A stretch of DNA of 64,000 nucleotides from Candidatus Magasanikiibacteriota bacterium (GTDB lineage: Bacteria > Patescibacteriota > Patescibacteriia > Magasanikbacterales > GWA2-37-8): positions 192,875 to 256,874 of the forward strand of contig CAWJAS010000001.1 in assembly GCA_963840935.1 (NCBI GenBank), written 5' to 3'. The position numbers were made by a program, and so were the translations under genes. Shown piece by piece: positions 56,868 to 64,000 of this stretch. The notes under the pieces are model-generated. The model did not search any database, was not told the origin of the DNA, and saw only the letters and a list, made by a program, of their open reading frames with translations. Every line of letters begins with the position of its first letter. The stretch's first letter is position 1.

Positions 56868-57218
56868 ATGCAAACAACACCAAGCCATTTTATGATTTCC
56901 GTGGTTAAGGATATGGATAAGGTAATTGATTTTTATGAGAATGTTTTGGGTTTAAAAGTATTGTACAAAACCGATGATTGGGCCGAACTTTCTTTTAATG
57001 ATGATTTGGAATTGGCTTTGCACAAAGTGGGCGGTGACGAGCATTTCTCCAATGCCGGAATTGGATTCCAAGTGGAGAATTGCGAAGAAGCGACAAAGTA
57101 TTATGAGTCAAAAGGCGTAAAAATTGACACAAGATGCCAAGAAAGAGGCAATAATATCCTTACTCAATTCGCCGACCCTGAAGGAAATGTGATTTGGCTG
57201 GCGCAAAAAATAAAATAA
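56868..57218 (+). CDS. Glyoxalase/bleomycin-resistance/VOC family protein
   Basis: 116 aa. VOC-like beta-alpha-beta-beta-beta pattern (FYENVLGLKVLYKTDDWAEL...). Confidence 0.6.
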   Translation: MQTTPSHFMISVVKDMDKVIDFYENVLGLKVLYKTDDWAELSFNDDLELALHKVGGDEHFSNAGIGFQVENCEEATKYYESKGVKIDTRCQERGNNILTQFADPEGNVIWLAQKIK

Positions 57219-57378
57219 ATTCGTAATGTTACGAATTAGGCGAATAAAAAACTGATTTTCTATATTTATGATTTTGGCGACGGTTGCTTTTATTGTGTAT
57301 AAATAATTGCGTTATTTATGGATATCATGTATAATATAGCAAGTATTATTTAGCGTTTATTTTTAATTTATTAATTTT

Positions 57379-57660
57379 ATGGCAGGCATGACCAAATCAG
57401 CCCTGTTATCCGCCTTAGCGGACAAGACAGGACTTAGCAAAAAAGATGTGGTTGGTCTCATGGACGCTATGGTTGACATGGCGTATCACGAGGTCAAAAA
57501 GAGTGGAGTTTTCGTCGTACCGGGAATCGGTAAATTGGTGAAAGTTAATCGCGCCGCGCGCCAGGGTCGCAACCCGGCTACCGGAGCCACCATTCAGATT
57601 CCGGCCAAGACCGTGGTTAAATTCCGCGTTGCCAAGGCCGCGAAAGAAGCCGTACTCTAA
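57379..57660 (+). CDS. hup: HU family DNA-binding protein (GC-rich paralog, about 52% GC; start may be 57388)
   Basis: LSKKDVVGLMDAMVDMAYHEVKKSGVFVVPGIGKLVKVNRAARQGRNPATGATIQIPAKTVVKF. Terminator caagac...gtcttg + T-run. Confidence 0.9.
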   Translation: MAGMTKSALLSALADKTGLSKKDVVGLMDAMVDMAYHEVKKSGVFVVPGIGKLVKVNRAARQGRNPATGATIQIPAKTVVKFRVAKAAKEAVL

Positions 57661-57778
57661 TTTTTTTAGAAATAGAAACAAGACTGGGATTTCCGGTCTT
57701 GTTTTTTTTCGTCAGTCGCGACTGATAAATAAAAAACCCGCGCAAAGGCGGGTAAAGAGAACGGTCATATTCGGTAGG

Positions 57779-58096
57779 TTAACGGCGGGGTTGAGCACAT
57801 GAGGAATAGCGTCGCTTGGGCTTCTCCATGAAAGCGCAACGTTTGAGAGAACAGTAGCGGTTGGCGCGGTTCCAAACTCGGTAATTCATCCAAGGATTCG
57901 CGAACCGGCTGGCTCTCATGGTTTCAATTACCCTGACAGGAACGCACCAAACATAGTGAATATTGCCATTCGAATCAGCAATACCGCAATAATTTTCTTC
58001 CGTATTATCGCCTTCAATCGCCAGTGAACCGGAAACAGCATCGTTCGTCATGCTATTCAACGGCTCAATGAACCATTGTATTTTATCTTGGTCCAT
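57779..58096 (-). CDS. Hypothetical 105-aa basic Cys-containing protein (second gene of a two-gene cassette)
   Basis: Its ATG directly abuts the upstream gene's TAA (TAAATG) with SD AAGGAGGG. Terminator acccgc-gcaaag-gcgggt (57736-57753). Confidence 0.5.
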   Translation of the reverse strand: MDQDKIQWFIEPLNSMTNDAVSGSLAIEGDNTEENYCGIADSNGNIHYVWCVPVRVIETMRASRFANPWMNYRVWNRANRYCSLKRCAFMEKPKRRYSSCAQPRR

Positions 58097-58636
58097 TTAT
58101 CCCTCCTTGATTTTTGCCATCACGCCCAGTTCGCGAGCGATTTTTTTTAGGTTGGCCCGTTCTCTATCGGAACGAGCGGTCAAAGCCATTTTTTGATAGG
58201 CAAAACGCTTGAGAGCAAAAAAGTTGTATGGAGAAGATGAAGCCATATGGAAAAGAGTCGTCCAGTCGGAGTAAGAAGTCGCGGTGTATGTCATCATGAT
58301 GAAAGCCAACAGTTCTCGGTATTTGCCGTTGGTGTTGGATTCATAATAAAACCTGAACCAGCCGTTGAAATCAGTGATGTCTTTGGCGTCCGAAATGGAA
58401 TTTCGAAACCGCCTAACAAAACGGTCCAGTTCATTTTGCCTTTCTTCGGGCAAATAGCATCTGATTAAAAGGGCTTCTTCAAGCTCCAAATATTCGGGTA
58501 TTTCTTCTTTGCCCACGATTATATCGTAAAGCAACTGCCCTTCGCAGATGCGCTGAAGAAGGTCGGTTTTTACCTTAAAAGAAAGACTGCTCTCATCATC
58601 GATGAGAATTGAATCCAGAAGGATTTCTTGCTCCAT
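58097..58636 (-). CDS. Hypothetical 179-aa acidic protein (first gene of the cassette; start at the SD-supported ATG, M5 of the track ORF)
   Basis: SD GGGAGGG 4 nt upstream of the ATG at 58636. Minus-strand promoter TTGACA-18-TAATAT at 58669-58698. Confidence 0.5.
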   Translation of the reverse strand: MEQEILLDSILIDDESSLSFKVKTDLLQRICEGQLLYDIIVGKEEIPEYLELEEALLIRCYLPEERQNELDRFVRRFRNSISDAKDITDFNGWFRFYYESNTNGKYRELLAFIMMTYTATSYSDWTTLFHMASSSPYNFFALKRFAYQKMALTARSDRERANLKKIARELGVMAKIKEG

Positions 58637-58773
58637 CTTCCCTCCCACTTGTTGTAAAAGAACTAGTTATATTAAACATATTTTTTAATAAATGTCAATC
58701 TAAAAAAGTAAATCAAAATTTTATTATCGCGTCAATTTATATATACGATTTTATTTGTCGGTAGGCAGGCAGG

Positions 58774-58845
58774 TGTTGTGGAACGCTCAGCGTTCCTATT
58801 ACAACGCTCAGTGTTCCTATTACAACGCTAAGCGTTGTGGACAAC
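58774..58845. repeat. Three tandem 21-bp direct repeats, each containing the 11-bp palindrome ACGCTnAGCGT, upstream of the second HU gene
   Basis: ACGCTCAGCGTTCCTATTACA / ACGCTCAGTGTTCCTATTACA / ACGCTAAGCGTTGTGGACAAC. Flanking TGTGGA motifs. Confidence 0.6.
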
Positions 58846-58921
58846 TTTTGCCTATTTATAGCCAAAATATGTTATACTTTTATATGTAATAATTAATCCC
58901 AATAAGAAAGGGGGTGACCAT

Positions 58922-59203
58922 ATGAATAAAGCCAGCTTGGCGCAAGTGTTATCAGAAAAATTAAACATTTCCAAAAAGGACGCCGAGGATACAATTAATA
59001 CAATGGTTGATGTAATTATCGATACCTTAAAAAAAGGAGAAGAAGTGGTTTTAACGGGTTTTGGGGCGTTTAGCGCAAAAACACGAGCCGGACGCATTGG
59101 AGTTAATCCACAAAATCCTTCGGAAAAAATTACGATTCCTTCAGTTGTCGTCCCAAAATTCAAGGCCGGGAAAGCGCTTAAAGACGCATTAAAAGGTAAA
59201 TAA
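58922..59203 (+). CDS. hup: HU family DNA-binding protein (AT-rich, native-like paralog)
   Basis: MNKASLAQVLSEKLNISKKDAEDTINTMVDVIIDTLKKGEEVVLTGFGAFSAKTRAGRIGVNPQNPSEKITIP. Confidence 0.9.
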   Translation: MNKASLAQVLSEKLNISKKDAEDTINTMVDVIIDTLKKGEEVVLTGFGAFSAKTRAGRIGVNPQNPSEKITIPSVVVPKFKAGKALKDALKGK

Positions 59204-59261
59204 AAAAAAGATAAATCTTTCAGAAAGAAAACAAGCCGTAGTCCCGCACAAGTTGCCGGGG

Positions 59262-59304
59262 CAAGGCCGGGAAAGCGCTTAAAGACGCATTAAAAGGTAA
59301 ATAA
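59262..59304 (+). repeat. Direct repeat of the last 43 bp of the HU gene (59161-59203), 58 bp downstream
   Basis: Exact duplication caaggccgggaaagcgcttaaagacgcattaaaaggtaaataa. Confidence 0.7.
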
Positions 59305-59359
59305 TCTTAGCAACACAAATAAAAAACCGCAGAAATAATTCCCGCGGTTTTTTTTATTT

Positions 59360-60886
59360 TTATTTGGCGTATTCAATCACTCTGGTTTCACGAATTAATG
59401 TAATTTTTATTTCACCCGGATATTGCAATTCCTGCTCAACTTTTCTGGCAATATCTTTTGCCAGTTGGTAAGCGGCATAATCATCAATTTCGCCCGGTTT
59501 CACAAAAATCCTAACTTCGCGACCGGCCTGAATAGCGTAAACTTTTTCTATGCCCGGAAATTCCCCGGCCACTTTTTCTAGTTCTTCCAAGCGGGCAACG
59601 AATTGTTCGTATGAATCTTTGCGCGCTCCAAATCTGGCACCCGAAATTGCGTCGGCCGATTTCACCACCACGGAATAAATATTGTACGGCTTATCCAAAT
59701 GATGGGTGAGTGCGGCTTGGGCCAAGTCCTCATCCATGTTGAACTTTTTCATGATGGCATAGCCGATTTCCGGGTGTGACCCTTGAGTTTCCTGGTCAAC
59801 GGATTTTCCGATGTCGTGAAAGAATCCGCATTTTTTTGCTTTGGCTGAATCCAATCCCAATTCAGCGGCAATGATTCCCGATAAATATCCGACTTCCATT
59901 GAATGGTTCAAAATGTTTTGGCCGTATGAGGTGCGGTATTTGAGCCGACCGACAATGCCGACCAATTTGGGGTCAATGCCTGTGATGCTCATTTTATAGA
60001 GTGCTTCTTCGCCGGCCTTTTTGATGTCGAGCGCCAAATCCTGTTTGGCTTTTTCAACAAATTCTTCGATTCGGGCCGGTTGGATTCTGCCGTCCTCCAT
60101 TAATTTTTCGAGCGATAATTTTGCCACTTGCCTTCGGATGGGGGAGAATCCGGATACTGTTATTACTTCCGGTGTTTCGTCAATAATAAGCTCGCAACCG
60201 GTCAGTTTTTCAATCGCTTTGATGTTTCGTCCTTCTTTGCCGATGATGCGTCCCTTCATTTCTTCGTTTGGAAGAGCGACCGTGGTTGAGGTTGTTTCGG
60301 CGGCGTGCGATGAAGCGCAACGCTGAATGGCTGAAACAATAATTTCACGGGCCTTGTCTTCGTAGGATTCGGTGCTTTCTTTTTCCAATTTAATTATTCG
60401 TCCCATTAAATCGGTTTTGCTTTCTTCTTCGACTTTGACCATTAAAACCTTTTTTGCTTCTTCACGAGTCATTTCGGCCACGCTTTGAAGCTTGGCCATT
60501 TCTTGGTCGTGAATTTTTTCAAGCGCTGTTTTAATTTTGTTGATGTGGTCTATTTTCTCTTGGAGTTTTGTTTGCTTATCTTGGAATTCCAAAAGTTTTT
60601 GGTCAAACATGCCTTCGCGTTTTTCCAAACGCTGTTGCGCCGATTGCAGGTCTTGGCGCATTTTTCTTTCTTCGCGCTTTGCTTCTTCAAGCATTTGCAC
60701 CGCTTTTTCTTTGGCCGTCAAAATAGTTTCTTGGTATTTTGTTTTGGCCTCGGCCATTATTTTTTCGGCCTTAGCTTCAATTGAATGAGCTTTTGCTTTG
60801 GCGGTTTTCTTGCGCCAAAAATAACCGGCGGTGACTCCAAGCCCGGTAGAAATTACGGCGATAACAATCCAAATAATGTTTTGCAT
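59360..60886 (-). CDS. rny: Ribonuclease Y
   Basis: N-terminal TM, coiled coil, KH domain, HD domain (GFFHDIGK). Confidence 0.9.
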   Translation of the reverse strand: MQNIIWIVIAVISTGLGVTAGYFWRKKTAKAKAHSIEAKAEKIMAEAKTKYQETILTAKEKAVQMLEEAKREERKMRQDLQSAQQRLEKREGMFDQKLLEFQDKQTKLQEKIDHINKIKTALEKIHDQEMAKLQSVAEMTREEAKKVLMVKVEEESKTDLMGRIIKLEKESTESYEDKAREIIVSAIQRCASSHAAETTSTTVALPNEEMKGRIIGKEGRNIKAIEKLTGCELIIDETPEVITVSGFSPIRRQVAKLSLEKLMEDGRIQPARIEEFVEKAKQDLALDIKKAGEEALYKMSITGIDPKLVGIVGRLKYRTSYGQNILNHSMEVGYLSGIIAAELGLDSAKAKKCGFFHDIGKSVDQETQGSHPEIGYAIMKKFNMDEDLAQAALTHHLDKPYNIYSVVVKSADAISGARFGARKDSYEQFVARLEELEKVAGEFPGIEKVYAIQAGREVRIFVKPGEIDDYAAYQLAKDIARKVEQELQYPGEIKITLIRETRVIEYAK

Positions 60887-61150
60887 ATAAAAAAATTTCC
60901 CAAAGATTTTTAAGGGAAACTAATCGCGGGCGAACTGATGTTCGCGCGCCAAAGAAGCGGGTTTTAGTTGAACACAAAAATTAACCGACCTGACTTTCGG
61001 TCGCAAAATAAATTGCGGTTATACGGTTTGATATATTAATTAAGTCAGCTTTCATATTTCCTTATTTGCCAAATCTTTCACTGATTTTTGCGTTTTTTTC
61101 CGTTTCTTCTGCGATTTGTTCCTTAAAAATCAATAATTATTAACTTCTGT

Positions 61151-61179
61151 ATTATACCACAAAAACGGGTCCGTGTCAA
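61151..61179 (-). promoter_or_regulatory. Consensus promoter TTGACA-17-TATAAT (minus strand) for rny; the -35 overlaps the truB stop
   Basis: Reverse complement TTGACAcggacccgtttttgtggTATAAT. About 250-nt leader to the rny start. Confidence 0.5.
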
Positions 61180-61871
61180 ATATGAAAATCATTCGGAAAA
61201 ATAGCATTTTCCACTGAGTAGTCCCCAATTTTTGTTCGACGCAATTGATCGCAATAAGCGCCCGTGCCAAGCGCTTCGCCAATATCGCGCGCCAACGTGC
61301 GAATGTAGGTGCCGGTTGAACAGTCGATTTTAACGGTCAGATTCGGCCATTCATAATCGATTAGTTCTATGTTATAAATATTAATCTTACTCGGTTCGCG
61401 GTGTACGATTTTGCCTTGGCGGGCGAGTGAATATAATTTTTTGCCGTTTATTTTTTTTGCCGAATACATCGGCGGAATTTGTTCCTGTTCGCCCAAAAAG
61501 TTTTTGAGTGTTTTTTTAATTACTATTTTTGACCTGTCGCTCACGAGCGACGGGTTTGAATTTTGATTTTTTGTATGTGTAATTACACCATCTCTGTCAT
61601 CGGTGTCTGAAACAGCGCCAAGTCGAATTGTTGCCAAATATGTTTTTGGCAAGTTTTTGAATTCGTCCAATTTTTTTGTCGCTTCGCGTCCGACTCCGAT
61701 GATCAAAAGACCGGTGGCAAACGGGTCGAGAGTACCGGCATGGCCGACACGAATGGTTTTTTCTTCGGGATTTTTTTGACGTGCTATTTTTCGGACAACA
61801 TTAACCGCGTCAAAACTGGTCCAACCGGCCGGCTTGTCAATCAAAAAATAATTGTCCGAAATTTTTTTCAT
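61176..61871 (-). CDS. truB: tRNA pseudouridine(55) synthase TruB
   Basis: GHAGTLDPFATGLLIIGVG catalytic Asp motif. Confidence 0.85.
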   Translation of the reverse strand: MKKISDNYFLIDKPAGWTSFDAVNVVRKIARQKNPEEKTIRVGHAGTLDPFATGLLIIGVGREATKKLDEFKNLPKTYLATIRLGAVSDTDDRDGVITHTKNQNSNPSLVSDRSKIVIKKTLKNFLGEQEQIPPMYSAKKINGKKLYSLARQGKIVHREPSKINIYNIELIDYEWPNLTVKIDCSTGTYIRTLARDIGEALGTGAYCDQLRRTKIGDYSVENAIFPNDFHI

Positions 61872-61977
61872 ATGAAATTATCAGATTGTATTAATCATAC
61901 CAGATATTTTTTAAAAAAATAACCACCTCGGACGAGGTGGTGAGGTGGGGTTGCGGAAGAAGAAAGCCATCTTCCGT

Positions 61978-62316
61978 TTAAAGGGTGTTGATTTTGGTGA
62001 GAAGCATGTAAAAAAGCGCAGTTTCATGGCGCGAGAGTTTGAACCACAGCAATTCGGGATGCTGACCGCTCGTACGCGCGATGAATTTCTGGCAGAACAG
62101 GTCTTGCTCGTCTTCGGAAGTGACTCCCAACGCCTCAAACAGAGCGGAAAGTTTCGCCGGACAGCGATTTTTCCCTTTGTTCACGGGAATCATTACCACC
62201 CGATCTTTTGAACAGATTGGTTTTCCGGAGATGTAGCACTGTCCTTCGGGCGCTTCTTTTGCAAGAAAAGGCGTGATTCTTTCATGCGGTGGTGGAACAG
62301 AGCTTGTGCTTTGCAT
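61978..62316 (-). CDS. Hypothetical 112-aa Cys-containing protein (second gene of a GC-rich two-gene cassette)
   Basis: SD GGAGGA upstream. ATG 2 nt after the upstream gene's TAA. Terminator ccacctcg-gac-gaggtgg at 61925-61947. Confidence 0.5.
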   Translation of the reverse strand: MQSTSSVPPPHERITPFLAKEAPEGQCYISGKPICSKDRVVMIPVNKGKNRCPAKLSALFEALGVTSEDEQDLFCQKFIARTSGQHPELLWFKLSRHETALFYMLLTKINTL

Positions 62317-62318
62317 CT

Positions 62319-62510
62319 TTAACCATTGTCCTCCTTTTTCTTTTCCGGACCGATGATGTGCGAATTCATCCCGAGTTCCGCGATGACCTTGCCGTCGTTC
62401 AGGTTGTCACCCGCACGGCTCTGCATCTGGAAGCTCGGAGGAGAGGAAGACCGCTCCTCGTGAATAATCGCCCTTCGCACTTCTTCGCTCCGGTTTACGC
62501 GTGTTTTCAT
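62319..62510 (-). CDS. Hypothetical 63-aa basic protein (first gene of the cassette; start at the SD-supported ATG, M15 of the track ORF)
   Basis: SD AAGGAG 8 nt upstream of the ATG at 62510. N-terminus MKTRVNRSEEVRRAIIHEE is compatible with a small DNA-binding (RHH-like) protein; that is a guess. Confidence 0.45.
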   Translation of the reverse strand: MKTRVNRSEEVRRAIIHEERSSSPPSFQMQSRAGDNLNDGKVIAELGMNSHIIGPEKKKEDNG

Positions 62511-62588
62511 TTTTCCGCTCCTTGGTTCGTGCCTTACCCTTGTCCTGTACACCCTTTTGTAAAAGAACAGACCTCCTTATGGTTCAAC

Positions 62589-62617
62589 ATACTACCTATT
62601 GTAGTATATTTTGTCAA
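62589..62617 (-). promoter_or_regulatory. Promoter TTGACA-17-TAGTAT (minus strand) with the palindrome ATACTAC-N5-GTAGTAT (62589-62607) overlapping the -10
   Basis: Seen on reverse complement TTGACAaaatatactacaataggTAGTAT. Confidence 0.5.
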
Positions 62618-62644
62618 CATATATCAACGGTCATGGCGCTATAA

Positions 62645-62673
62645 TTTGACTAAATCGGCAAAAACAAGTATAA
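62645..62673 (+). promoter_or_regulatory. Promoter TTGACT-17-TATAAT for infB
   Basis: Seen in sequence. Confidence 0.5.
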
Positions 62674-62717
62674 TTTACTAAATTTTTTAACACTTTTTAT
62701 ATTAATGAATAAATACC

Positions 62718-64000
62718 ATGAATGTTTCCGATTTGGCCAGACAATTGAGGGTTCATCCGCAAAAACTCCTTTCCATTTTACCTGAGTTTGGTTTTGATAT
62801 TGGCGCGCGGGCGGTGAAGATTGACGACCGAGTGGGTGAGCAAATCAAAAAAGAATGGCGCCGAATAAAATATATTTTGGAAGAAAGAGAAAAAAAGGAA
62901 AGAGAAAAAGAAAAAGAATTAGAAAAAGAAATGCGCCGTCAAAGTGGAGCGACCGTAAAAATTCCCGGTAAGATTACGGTTAAAGATTTGGCTTCAGTAC
63001 TTGATGTCCCGCTTAACAAATTGATTTTGGAGTTAATGAAAAATGGAATTTTGGCCACGCAAAATGAATATCTTGACCACGACACGGCGGTTATTATGGC
63101 CAATGATTTGGGTTTCAAAGTCGAACAAGAAGATGAAAAACCAGAAACAGACAGGTCGGAAGAACACGCCGTTGTTTTGGAATCTATTTTAAAAGACAAA
63201 GTCGAACCGCGCTCGCCGGTGATTGTGGTAATGGGTCATGTCGACCACGGTAAAACAAAATTGCTTGACGCGGTCAGGCGTACGGATGTGGTTGCTACGG
63301 AAGCCGGTGGAATCACGCAACATATTGGCGCTTATCAAGTAAATTGGGTTAATCCCAAAAGCAAAGAAAATCGCGCCATTACTTTTATTGATACTCCGGG
63401 CCACGAAGCTTTTACTGTCATGCGCAGTCGCGGAGCCAAAGTGGCTGATATTGCCATCTTGGTGGTGGCGGCCGATGATGGAGTAAAACCGCAAACCATT
63501 GAAGCGATAAATATTGCCAAGGCGGCAAAATTGCCGATTCTTGTGGCCATAAATAAAATTGACAAAGAAGGCGCCGACCCAACGCGCGTGCGCACCGAAC
63601 TCTCGCAAAACGGAGTGATTAGCGATGAATGGGGAGGCGATGTGCCGATGGTAGAAATTTCTGCAAAGCAAGATGTTAATATTGATAAATTATTAGATAC
63701 TTTGCTTTTAATCGCCGATATGCACGACGCGGAAATTCGTGCTAATCCCAATCGAGCCGCCGCCGGAATGGTGATTGAAGCTCACGTGGACAAAGGCGAA
63801 GGACCGGTTGCCACTTTGCTTGTGCAATCGGGTACTTTGCGTTTGAATGACCCGCTTGTGGTTAACGGAGAGATTTATGGCAAAGTTAGAGCAATGAAAA
63901 ATTATAAAGGCGAATCAATTCTTGAAGCGGGCCCAAGTTGCCCGGTCAGAGTTTTGGGTTTTAAAGTGGCGCCACAAGTCGGTGATGTTTTGGATGTCGG
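62718..64000 (+). CDS. infB: Translation initiation factor IF-2, 5' partial (runs off the window)
   Basis: [21 protein letters not shown]... N-domain. G-domain [29 protein letters not shown]. Not in the ORF track because there is no stop in the window. Confidence 0.9.
   Translation, partial: MNVSDLARQLRVHPQKLLSILPEFGFDIGARAVKIDDRVGEQIKKEWRRIKYILEEREKKEREKEKELEKEMRRQSGATVKIPGKITVKDLASVLDVPLNKLILELMKNGILATQNEYLDHDTAVIMANDLGFKVEQEDEKPETDRSEEHAVVLESILKDKVEPRSPVIVVMGHVDHGKTKLLDAVRRTDVVATEAGGITQHIGAYQVNWVNPKSKENRAITFIDTPGHEAFTVMRSRGAKVADIAILVVAADDGVKPQTIEAINIAKAAKLPILVAINKIDKEGADPTRVRTELSQNGVISDEWGGDVPMVEISAKQDVNIDKLLDTLLLIADMHDAEIRANPNRAAAGMVIEAHVDKGEGPVATLLVQSGTLRLNDPLVVNGEIYGKVRAMKNYKGESILEAGPSCPVRVLGFKVAPQVGDVLDV

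Noticed and set aside
1-64000. Alternative genetic code (TAG or TAA as sense, UGA recoding) to explain the in-frame stops in recO and dnaE and the UGA at the prs shift site
   Set aside because: TAA, TAG and TGA all act as normal terminators for many well-conserved genes in the window. TAA ends most ribosomal proteins, TAG ends parB and fpg, and TGA ends the small 50.7-kb ORF and the N-terminal prs ORF at its frameshift site. Reading UGA as sense does not restore prs. No suppressor tRNA is present among the five tRNAs here.
1-64000. CRISPR arrays, cas genes, IS transposases, integrases or prophage structural genes
   Set aside because: No repeat-spacer arrays are present. The only tandem repeats are the in-gene 63-bp array and the 21-bp operator-like triplet. 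No transposase, integrase or phage-like ORFs were recognised.

Overview
This is an AT-rich (roughly 35-40% GC) bacterial chromosomal segment with streamlined, tightly packed operons. It carries a long ribosomal-protein operon, from the rplD 3' end through rplW-rplB-rpsS-rplV-rpsC-rplP-rpmC-rpsQ-rplN-rplX-rplE-rpsZ-rpsH-rplF-rplR-rpsE-rplO-secY-adk-map. It has no rpmD (L30), carries a Zn-type S14, and has mostly weak Shine-Dalgarno sequences. infA/rpmJ/rpsM/rpsK/rpsD/rpoA do not follow map. This pattern is typical of Candidate Phyla Radiation / Patescibacteria-like genomes; that assignment is inference, not proven. The rest of the window holds housekeeping genes: ruvX, recO, asnS, parA/parB, rel, topA, dprA, pth, der, an LCP protein, recG, radA, a clpC-like gene, glmM-like, htpX, lemA, rseP, pheS/pheT, dnaE, fpg, tsaD, prs, a tdh-like epimerase, two HU genes, rny, truB and the infB 5' end. 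Six tRNAs are present (Leu-CAA, Val-CAC, Arg-GCG, Met/Ile2-CAU, Glu-UUC) together with one tRNA fragment.

What stands out against this background:
- Several short GC-rich (about 50-55% GC) islands each carry a consensus-like TTGACA-17-TAnnnT promoter, a strong AGGAGG-type SD and an intrinsic terminator. One is a roughly 500-nt putative structured ncRNA at 17.6-18.15 kb; the others are single small ORFs and two two-gene cassettes.
- A family of about 40-nt GC-rich palindromic repeat modules recurs in the window. Copies lie in an intergenic region, in the putative ncRNA, and as in-frame roughly 100-nt insertions inside fpg and tsaD, in the manner of Rickettsia palindromic elements.
- Three housekeeping genes are disrupted: recO by an in-frame TAG, dnaE by an in-frame TAA, and prs by a +1 frameshift.
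- tRNA-Glu is followed by two GC-rich units that end in duplicated tRNA-Glu 3' ends.
- A four-gene cell-envelope module (CHAP-like hydrolase, catalytically dead DsbA-like, TolB-like propeller, Glu-rich membrane protein) is inserted between clpC and radA.
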